Part shown: piece after piece, positions 9,615-16,297 of the stretch
Numbering within the stretch: the stretch's first letter is position 1
How the letters are laid out: every line of letters begins with the position of its first letter
Origin: a virus
IMG/VR virus record: IMGVR_UViG_3300006969_000007
DNA: 36,782 bases
Strand: one strand, 5' to 3'
Translations under genes and position numbers: made by a program
The notes under the pieces: model-generated
Told to the model about the DNA's origin: nothing
The model's database searches: none
What the model saw: the letters and a program-made list of their open reading frames with translations, nothing else

Positions 9615-9974
9615 TTATAAAAGATTAATCTCAGCGGGAGCAAGCGTATCATTATTTGAGCCAATCGGTACAGATAATCCACATACATTTATTTTGGAAG
9701 ATAACCCAACGGGAATAACAAATGGTGCAAATTGTGTTGTATCAATAGTAATAGTAAATGTTGTAGGACTCGTAACAACAATCGGAGAGGTCATTTGGTC
9801 TAACTGAATCATGCCTAAAGCTGGCGGTATATCAAACCTCACGACCGTTCCATTTGGATAACCATGGGCAAATGAAGTAGTTACCAGAGCAAAAGGACTG
9901 TTCGTGATTGCGGTAATAATTCGCATGGCTGGACCATAAACAGGATCCGTATAGGCATAACACTGATAAGCCAT
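9615..9974 (-). CDS. Small beta-barrel structural protein sharing a domain with the 367-aa protein
   Basis: HGYPNGTVVRFDIPPALGMIQLDQMTSPIVVTSPTTFTITIDTTQFAPFV parallels HGMTPGQEIRFSIP...MIQLNGLSAIVLSVTDDYNFVINIDTSAFNTFV in 10499..11602. Confidence 0.65.
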   Translation of the reverse strand: MAYQCYAYTDPVYGPAMRIITAITNSPFALVTTSFAHGYPNGTVVRFDIPPALGMIQLDQMTSPIVVTSPTTFTITIDTTQFAPFVIPVGLSSKINVCGLSVPIGSNNDTLAPAEINLL

Positions 9975-10000
9975 GATCTCTCTCCTTGTTAATAATTACA

Positions 10001-10426
10001 CTACTTTAAAAATGTTACCGTTTCAATATTCGATGGTGTTAATTCTGCTATATCATTGGAGTCCATAAAATCTAATGGTTCAAATGAACAACGGCGCTTT
10101 TTCTTGGTGATCTGAATAGAAGGCAATCCCTTATCATCCATTTTATACGCGTGTTCAGGATACCAACAATTATTGGATAAATGATGCGCAACGCCACGCG
10201 GAATAGTATAAATAGATCCATCATTTAAAGTATATGTTTCTATTTCGTCTTCCTTATATTTTCGGAAAGAAAACGCCATAGTCCCATTGGGGACTTCAAA
10301 AAATCTAAAAATGCCCCGTACCATTTCACGGTCTTTGTCTCGCATGTACTTAAGATCTTTTTTTGTTTTTTGATTGGTCTTAGCCGCATTGGTCTCAGCG
10401 GTTCCTTGCAATTTTCCATCTGACAT
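10001..10426 (-). CDS. Conserved-looking hypothetical protein in the head module
   Basis: 141-aa ORF with SD AGGAAC upstream. No family recognised. Confidence 0.6.
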   Translation of the reverse strand: MSDGKLQGTAETNAAKTNQKTKKDLKYMRDKDREMVRGIFRFFEVPNGTMAFSFRKYKEDEIETYTLNDGSIYTIPRGVAHHLSNNCWYPEHAYKMDDKGLPSIQITKKKRRCSFEPLDFMDSNDIAELTPSNIETVTFLK

Positions 10427-10452
10427 GGAGTTCCTTTCTATAATTTTACAAC

Positions 10453-10474
10453 GGGGAAGGCCGTCGCCCTCCCC
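10453..10474 (-). terminator. GC-rich hairpin after the 367-aa gene (attenuator/terminator candidate)
   Basis: GGGGAAGG/CCCTCCCC stem with one mismatch. The U tract on the minus strand is weak. Confidence 0.35.
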
Positions 10475-10498
10475 TTAATGTGACATTAATTAAAAAGT

Positions 10499-11602
10499 TT
10501 ATAGTCCGCCGTAAGATGACTTACCAGCAACCCAATAAACAACATCAGCAGCAGCAGTACCCGCAGGACCACTAATTGCTAATGCACCAGCAACGGTACC
10601 AACCCCGCCAGTACCAAGAACCATACCAAGGAATCCAGTATTAACGGTAGCATCGGCAAGGATACCTGATTGCGTTCCATTAATTTGTATTCCTCCAATA
10701 GTAGGAACCTGTGACGCAGGAGTTGATAATGATGTTGCGGTATCTTCACCAAACGGCACCATAAGTGGGAATGATGAAGGTTGTTGCGCAACAGTAGGCC
10801 ATACAAATGTATTGAATGCTGATGTATCAATATTGATAACGAAGTTATAATCATCCGTTACCGATAAGACGATAGCACTCAAGCCATTCAATTGGATCAT
10901 GCCAGGGTTACCAATCACCAACGTTGGAATAGAGAACCGAATCTCTTGTCCCGGTGTCATGCCATGAGCAATAGAGGTACTCACGGTTGGTGTTACGGCG
11001 TTTGTGATATTAACCACCACACGTCGACGTGGATAGAAAAGTTCTGATGTGTTAACAATGCGGTAGAAACCAGCACCACCAACTACACCAGGAACATTCG
11101 CTAATGGGTTAGTCGCCGTAAGTAAGGTGAAACTCACATTAGTGGTGACCGCACCAACGACCATATCGATACCATTAACATCAGTTTGTGCAGTATTGCT
11201 CATACGAACAACACTTCCTACAACAATACCAGCCGTAGATGCTGTTGATACAACAGGGCGAACAGCATTAGTAGACGCTGTTGTCGCGACTGCATTACCA
11301 ATTAACGGTAAAGCTCCTGCAGTTTGTCCTGATGGATCATAAAGAGTAAAACCACCAGATACTAACGTATCACCACTCATAACGGCAGTTGCGTTACCAT
11401 AGTAGTTAACAACACCGGTTCCGGGAGCCATACCACGTTGCCAGTAGTAACTGACACCTAAACCAGTAGCACCACCGACTTTTGCTGCATTGGTGTAGTT
11501 AAGAACCTTCATCCAATCAACGCCAGATGGTATTTTGATATATTGATTTACAACGGTTGCAGGGACTACAAACGAACCCTGACCTATAATAGTTCCGTCC
11601 AT
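10499..11602 (-). CDS. Head decoration / head fibre-like protein with two internal beta-barrel repeats
   Basis: 367-aa ORF immediately downstream of the capsid gene, with the repeated domain shared with 9615..9974. Confidence 0.55.
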   Translation of the reverse strand: MDGTIIGQGSFVVPATVVNQYIKIPSGVDWMKVLNYTNAAKVGGATGLGVSYYWQRGMAPGTGVVNYYGNATAVMSGDTLVSGGFTLYDPSGQTAGALPLIGNAVATTASTNAVRPVVSTASTAGIVVGSVVRMSNTAQTDVNGIDMVVGAVTTNVSFTLLTATNPLANVPGVVGGAGFYRIVNTSELFYPRRRVVVNITNAVTPTVSTSIAHGMTPGQEIRFSIPTLVIGNPGMIQLNGLSAIVLSVTDDYNFVINIDTSAFNTFVWPTVAQQPSSFPLMVPFGEDTATSLSTPASQVPTIGGIQINGTQSGILADATVNTGFLGMVLGTGGVGTVAGALAISGPAGTAAADVVYWVAGKSSYGGL

Positions 11603-11612
11603 ATTATCTCCT

Positions 11613-12293
11613 TTAAGCTAATGTTGCGCGTAAGTTAATTACCCACAAGTCATTAGTAATTCTTGGAACTTCAGCAAATTTGTAACCAACCGACGCGTTC
11701 AACGCTAATGGTCCATCATAAATCGGTGGTCGATAAATAAAGCTTGCTGAGTAACCGTCTTGCTCAATGCATGCGTATGCTTCCATACCAACACAGAAAA
11801 TGTTGAATACATTGGCACCATTTGAAGATGCATTAGCAGTAAAGCTACCAATAGATGAAATCAAGAATCGAAGGTTACCAATAGCACCCCATTCTGAACG
11901 CAATGCATTCATTGGCGCAGGGTATTGGTTCTTTTGAATGAATCCAGCAACGGCATCAAGATTACCAGTCAATTGTGTTGAACATAATGCAAAGTATGCA
12001 TCACGAACTGGTGCTGTACCGAATTTGTCTTCACCTTCGATGTTGTCCATAATCGTGTACGCATTATTGTTTAATAAAGTACGAACGACAGCATCCACAT
12101 CAGAACGGGTAATTTCAGTCGGATTATCACCATTAACACCACCAACACTATTAATAAAACCAGCAGTTGCTGCTAACATATCACGAGTTAATTGGTCTTC
12201 GGTTTGACGAAGAGATACACCAAGACGAGCAGCACATTCATTAAGAACAGGATCTTGGTTCTGCAGTGTGCATTTAACTGTTACTTTTTTTGA
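11613..12293 (-). CDS. Major capsid protein, exon 2 (226 aa; HK97-fold / N4 gp56-like pattern)
   Basis: The frame is open from 12293. There is no start codon for the first 38 conserved codons (SKKVTVKCTLQNQDPVLNECAARLGVSLRQTEDQLTRD). The rest is the 188-aa track ORF. Confidence 0.75.
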   Translation of the reverse strand, partial: SKKVTVKCTLQNQDPVLNECAARLGVSLRQTEDQLTRDMLAATAGFINSVGGVNGDNPTEITRSDVDAVVRTLLNNNAYTIMDNIEGEDKFGTAPVRDAYFALCSTQLTGNLDAVAGFIQKNQYPAPMNALRSEWGAIGNLRFLISSIGSFTANASSNGANVFNIFCVGMEAYACIEQDGYSASFIYRPPIYDGPLALNASVGYKFAEVPRITNDLWVINLRATLA

Positions 12294-13125
12294 CCAAATA
12301 TTTTCTATTTGGCGGTTGGTCTTGTTATTCCCAACTCCCCTAGTCTCCTAAGGGATCGGACTGTCGCTTCACCTCTCGGTGTCCACTCGCCTCAGTCTCT
12401 CAGCGTGATAATTTAATTTATTTATGGTACGCTATATCCATACATTAAAATGAAGGAAAACTATGCATGACGAATTCTCATACTTATCACAAAATAATTC
12501 AGAGCAACAACTAATAAGAGATTTGAAAATAACAACTATGAGCTATCTTGCTGGAATTGTAGACGGAGAAGGATGCATTGGATTAGAACATCTTTCACCG
12601 ACTAAAAATAGAAAGAAAGATTATTACGTATGCCGACTTACCGTAGTTAACACCAGTGAAGAACTAATGAAGTTATTAGTGTCTAGCCTCAAAGGGCAAT
12701 ATGATACAAGAAAAAAGATAGAAGGCAGAAAGACTTGTTATAGATGGCATGTTTTTGGTAAAGACCTAGAACAAGCTATCTTGGCCTTGTTGCCTTATTT
12801 GCGTATCAAAAAGAAACAAGCGAAATTAGTTCTCGAATATAGAAATACAGTAGCAAGCAATGGTTGGCTCATTAGTGATGATGTACTTGCGCATAGAAAA
12901 ACCATTTGGATTGAATGTAAGAAATTAAATACCATAGGTGGTTAAATTATCTTCGCCCTTGTCGCCCTCGTCTTTACGTTAGGGCTTCCAAGTCAATCAG
13001 AGCGGATTTAAAGCAGGCCATTTACTGCTAAAACCAAGAAATTTCAAAGAACAATCGTCGTTAACCTGCTCGTTCAACTGTACATAGGTCTATAATAAGT
13101 CGAACTCATACGGCACCTACTTTTT
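12294..13125 (-). mobile_element. Group I-like self-splicing intron (832 nt) carrying an antisense LAGLIDADG gene
   Basis: P1 pairs exon/intron UACGGU|A with UGCCGUA (plus-strand 13125-13131 with 13109-13115), with U.G at the cleavage site. The intron ends in G at the tip of a 7-bp hairpin CCAAAUA/UAUUUGG (12294-12312). Further stems are 12315-12335, 12338-12354 and GUUCGAC/GUUGAAC. Joining the exons gives an in-frame 314-aa capsid protein. Confidence 0.65.
12463..12945 (+). CDS. LAGLIDADG homing endonuclease, single-motif (I-CreI-size, 160 aa), antisense to the capsid gene
   Basis: Contains the motif SYLAGIVDGEGCIG. SD AAGGAA lies 6 nt upstream of the ATG. It sits inside the capsid-gene interruption. 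Confidence 0.8.
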   Translation: MHDEFSYLSQNNSEQQLIRDLKITTMSYLAGIVDGEGCIGLEHLSPTKNRKKDYYVCRLTVVNTSEELMKLLVSSLKGQYDTRKKIEGRKTCYRWHVFGKDLEQAILALLPYLRIKKKQAKLVLEYRNTVASNGWLISDDVLAHRKTIWIECKKLNTIGG

Positions 13126-13389
13126 ACCGTAAAAACTAATAACTGCATCAATATCTACCGCAGTAAGATTTTGGGCAGGAGGAGTAATACCAGAATTCCC
13201 TAAAGGAACCATCGCTGTGTTAAGCGGATTGTATCGACGCATACGAAGAGTTGTACCACCATTACGCGGCATATTCTTCTTCATTGCGGGGATCTTATGG
13301 ATCATATTAGGAACTGGTACTGAAAGTAGTTTGTACGAGAAACTTTGCTGCACTGGTGCAGGCAGTGTACTCGTAGTTGTGATAGCCAT
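13126..13389 (-). CDS. Major capsid protein, exon 1 (88 aa, ends ...AVISFYG)
   Basis: AAGGAG lies upstream of the ATG at 13389. The N-terminal pattern is QQSFSYKLL...GGTTLRMRRY...LTAVDIDAVISFYG. The unspliced frame stops 2 codons later (TAG at 13117-13119). Confidence 0.75.
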
Positions 13390-13397
13390 AATAGCTC

Positions 13398-13427
13398 CTT
13401 AAGTAATAAAATAATTTTTTACTTAAG
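13398..13427 (-). promoter_or_regulatory. Perfect 9-bp hairpin abutting the capsid gene SD
   Basis: CTTAAGTAA (13398-13406) pairs with TTACTTAAG (13419-13427). On the mRNA the 3' arm runs into AAGGAG. Confidence 0.4.
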
Positions 13428-13596
13428 ACTGACGAGATCTCACATTGCGTCATCGGCGGACGAATTCCGATTTACGTCCAGACAATTTCAGATTGCTAAT
13501 CCGAACTTTCATGCAGATTGGAAGAACGACTTCCAAATTACGTTCATACGTAGGATATAATGAAGAAAAAAGAGAAGCAAGTAGGAAAAATAGGAG

Positions 13597-13633
13597 GGTC
13601 GTGGTTGGCAAAGAGGATTGACCAACCACGACC
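13597..13633 (-). terminator. Perfect 12-bp hairpin between the scaffold and capsid genes (terminator/processing site candidate)
   Basis: GGTCGTGGTTGG/CCAACCACGACC. On the minus strand it is followed by CTCCTATTTTTCC. Confidence 0.45.
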
Positions 13634-13653
13634 TATCATAAAAAGAGTCTTAG

Positions 13654-14427
13654 TTATTTACGATACTGTTGCATTTCTTTCCACAATCGCGCTTTCATAT
13701 CTTCGTTAAATTCTCCATTTGCAAAGGCATTTGCTTTTGACAATGGGCTATCGCCTTGTTGCGGAGAAATAGATGCAAGCGATTTAGGTTTTGCTGCATT
13801 GCGTTGAGCAATCTCTTTTTCCTGCTTAAATGGATCATCTTGTGGTGATATTCCCAATCGCTTTATCATAGTGTATGCAGTCACTGCCTTACTGTAAAGA
13901 TCAGTTGAAGAATCAATAGTATGTGCTATCTCTGGATGGCTACTGCGTAAGTTTTCAAGATTATCAACGGAAACAATCGCATCAAAATCAGGATATTTTT
14001 GCTTTAATCGCACTTCTGTTGCACTTAAACTCGATTGCTGTTCATACTGGCGAATTTGTTTTTCTAGATTCTGTATCTTCTTACTCACTTTACTCAGATG
14101 CTTACCTTCAACAAGGGAATCATCATCAACTTTAAGTTCAAGATCTTCGTCTTCAGACTCAGATTCTTGTTGTGCGAGTAATGCTCGTTCAAGTTCAGCT
14201 GCTCTGCGCTCTGCACGTTCAGCCTTTTCACGAAGTGTTTTCCATGATTCTTGTGGCGCAGGTTTATGAACTACTGGTTTCTCTTCTTGCACTGGTTCCG
14301 GTGTTTCATACTCTTCTTGGGCTATTGGTGCTGCTTCCAGTTGTTGTTCGGGAACCTGCTCTTGGAATTGTGGTTCAGGTTGAGGAATAACGGTACCATC
14401 GCGATCATATTTGATTTCAAAACTCAT
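13654..14427 (-). CDS. Scaffolding protein
   Basis: 257 aa with an acidic Q/E/P-rich N-terminus and a coiled-coil middle, positioned between the portal and capsid genes. Confidence 0.6.
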   Translation of the reverse strand: MSFEIKYDRDGTVIPQPEPQFQEQVPEQQLEAAPIAQEEYETPEPVQEEKPVVHKPAPQESWKTLREKAERAERRAAELERALLAQQESESEDEDLELKVDDDSLVEGKHLSKVSKKIQNLEKQIRQYEQQSSLSATEVRLKQKYPDFDAIVSVDNLENLRSSHPEIAHTIDSSTDLYSKAVTAYTMIKRLGISPQDDPFKQEKEIAQRNAAKPKSLASISPQQGDSPLSKANAFANGEFNEDMKARLWKEMQQYRK

Positions 14428-14594
14428 TAATTATCCTTACTCAATGCAGAAGATAAATAATCTTTGATAATATTTATTTTAGAATGGCTATCTTGAGTAG
14501 AAAAAAATTCTTCTGATTTTATTTCATCAATTTTTATTCTTATACTTCTAAATAATTCTAATTTTTTCGAAATTTCTTTTTTTTTATCTAACAT
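14427..14594 (-). CDS. Small helical protein, 55 aa
   Basis: The ORF is below the track cutoff. AAGGGA lies 5 nt before the ATG, and its stop overlaps the scaffold ATG (TAATG). Confidence 0.4.
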   Translation of the reverse strand: MLDKKKEISKKLELFRSIRIKIDEIKSEEFFSTQDSHSKINIIKDYLSSALSKDN

Positions 14595-14596
14595 TT

Positions 14597-15088
14597 TTAT
14601 CCCTTAAATGTAAAATCTTGTAATTCTACGCTCTCTAATTTTTCACCATTTAATTTTTTTGCGATACGCAGAAGCGTTCCATCATGAAATGCTAAAACAT
14701 ATTCTAACAGTTTATACTCTTCAAGGGGAATAAGATGTTTATTCATCATCATTTCTTCACATGATTGTTTGGATGGAATTACCCACATAAATATAATACC
14801 ATCATCTTTTCTATTATATTTATACACTGCTTGATCCCAGTCTGGTGTTGGGCATGATACTCTGCCATAGAAATAATTTCTTAGTACATTCTGCATCAAT
14901 CGTTCACGCTTTGTGAGAACAACAACATAGAAATCACCAGGGAAATCCTTTTTATTCCTTTCTACGCATTCCATAATGTTTTTATCGTATTCACCCAGTT
15001 GTTCGCGCATCTGCTCTACAGGTGATGTTGTCTCATGAGGTTTTTTTATTAAATCAGACGATACTTTACCAACTGTCTCTCGAATCAT
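14597..15088 (-). CDS. Hypothetical protein
   Basis: 163-aa ORF with an SD-like AAAGGAGCA upstream. No motif recognised. Confidence 0.6.
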   Translation of the reverse strand: MIRETVGKVSSDLIKKPHETTSPVEQMREQLGEYDKNIMECVERNKKDFPGDFYVVVLTKRERLMQNVLRNYFYGRVSCPTPDWDQAVYKYNRKDDGIIFMWVIPSKQSCEEMMMNKHLIPLEEYKLLEYVLAFHDGTLLRIAKKLNGEKLESVELQDFTFKG

Positions 15089-15129
15089 AATGCTCCTTTT
15101 AAAATGAATAATGCTTATTGAGAATAACG

Positions 15130-15158
15130 AAAAAGCCCCGTGTAGTAAAACATGGGGC
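15130..15158 (-). terminator. Rho-independent terminator
   Basis: 8-bp stem GCCCCGTG/CATGGGGC (one G.U pair), followed on the minus strand by TTTTTCGTTATT. Confidence 0.65.
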
Positions 15159-15189
15159 CTTCATTAAAAGGGAGGGAATATAAACGCTG

Positions 15190-15477
15190 TTATTTCTTCG
15201 ATCTTTTTTTCTTTTTAGGTATCTTTGCACCTTCTTTACGCGCTTCTGAAAGGGCAATAGCTATAGCTTGTTTTGGATTTGTCACTTCTGGTCCCTTTTT
15301 AGAACCGCTATGAAGCTTATGTTCTTTGAACTCTTCCATAACTCTTTTGATCTTTAGTTTGCCCTTTTTTGCACCAATTTTTTTAGCATGCTTAACGGGC
15401 TTCAACTTCACTGGTTTCAACTTAACAACATCTTTTTTTACTGTCACTTTTTTTATTACTGATTTTTTTTTAGCCAT
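15190..15477 (-). CDS. Lys-rich small protein with a conserved C-terminal EFKEHKLHSGSKKGPEVTNPKQAIAIALSEARK motif (I recall this family as DUF6496)
   Basis: ATG at 15477 lies 6 nt after GAAGGA. The N-terminal half is a histone-H1-like K/V/P repeat (VKLKPVKLKPVK). Confidence 0.55.
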   Translation of the reverse strand: MAKKKSVIKKVTVKKDVVKLKPVKLKPVKHAKKIGAKKGKLKIKRVMEEFKEHKLHSGSKKGPEVTNPKQAIAIALSEARKEGAKIPKKKKRSKK

Positions 15478-15560
15478 CTTCAATCCTTCAGAGTCCATGA
15501 GAGAGAGGAAGCAAGGAGCAACCTGAACCTCTCTCTTTAATCATGGTAGTAGTAAAACTC

Positions 15561-15716
15561 TTATTTAACTCGTGACGTCTCATCAAAAACAAGCATATGT
15601 TCTATGTGCTTATCTTTTTTGCTTTTCTTCACGTTTTTTTCCATGTTAGTAGGCAAGCCTAAGATCGCGTAGGCAATCTTCTGCGCTTTCCCTTTCATAC
15701 GTGGCATTGCTGGCAT
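15561..15716 (-). CDS. Small basic protein, 51 aa
   Basis: The ORF is below the track cutoff. It starts 2 nt after the stop of the upstream gene: MPAMPRMKGKAQKIAYAILGLPTNMEKN... Confidence 0.35.
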   Translation of the reverse strand: MPAMPRMKGKAQKIAYAILGLPTNMEKNVKKSKKDKHIEHMLVFDETSRVK

Positions 15717-15718
15717 AA

Positions 15719-15916
15719 TTAATCCCATTCTGGTAAGAAATAGCCACCAAGTGGAGGGAATTCATGATGTTGTGCTTTGGTCGGTAGATTAGCCATTGCG
15801 GTTTTATCAGCACGAATCATATTAAAATCAGCACGTTCTTGATTCCGTCGTGGATCCTGATTAGCTGACTTAATTTTTCCTGCGGCCATAAATGCCAAAC
15901 GAATTTCTTGTTCCAT
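15719..15916 (-). CDS. Small protein, paralog of 15926..16207
   Basis: Shares the motif (D/A)(F/G)(N/-)MIR..(K/H)(T/A)A(M/I)ANLP....H/I..(F/W)P..G.YLPE with the upstream gene. Confidence 0.6.
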   Translation of the reverse strand: MEQEIRLAFMAAGKIKSANQDPRRNQERADFNMIRADKTAMANLPTKAQHHEFPPLGGYFLPEWD

Positions 15917-15925
15917 AGAAACTCC

Positions 15926-16207
15926 TTAGACCTTCTTTGGTACCATATGTTTATCACGCAATCTATCATCTAACGCTTCTTGCTGATTAACGCCTCTGAT
16001 AGTATCATCAAGACCTTCAGGCAAGTAACTTCCTGCTGACGGCCATGGTTTGATCATAACTTCCTGAGGAAGATTAGCAATTGCTGCATGATTTTCACGA
16101 ATCATACCAGCATCATGCATTTCTTGATCACGACGACTGCTAAGTCCTTCGTAATGACCTTCAGAATGTTTTGGACTGTGATGAGAAGAATGATGTCTTT
16201 TTGCCAT
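15926..16207 (-). CDS. Small His/Ser-rich protein, paralog of 15719..15916
   Basis: ATG at 16207 lies 8 nt after AAGGAG. The protein begins MAKRHHSSHHSPKHSEGHYEG... Confidence 0.6.
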   Translation of the reverse strand: MAKRHHSSHHSPKHSEGHYEGLSSRRDQEMHDAGMIRENHAAIANLPQEVMIKPWPSAGSYLPEGLDDTIRGVNQQEALDDRLRDKHMVPKKV

Positions 16208-16297
16208 GGTTGGCTCTCCTTCGAAACTGCGATCCACTTTCGTGTCGCAAGGTTTAACCTCTATCGACCAACTAAAACCATTTTAGCCAGCTTGAGA

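Noticed and set aside
12380-12462. A defined promoter for the LAGLIDADG gene
   Set aside because: I found only weak -10-like hexamers (GATAAT, TATATC) without a matching -35. This is not good enough to annotate.
12180-13125. Intein, or an IS/transposon insertion, as the explanation for the split capsid gene
   Set aside because: An intein would be in frame on the same strand. Here exon 1 meets a stop after 2 codons and the only long ORF is on the opposite strand. There is no transposase and there are no terminal inverted repeats. The P1 pairing with U.G and the terminal G fit a group I intron better. The 8-nt direct repeat is kept as a separate low-interest note.
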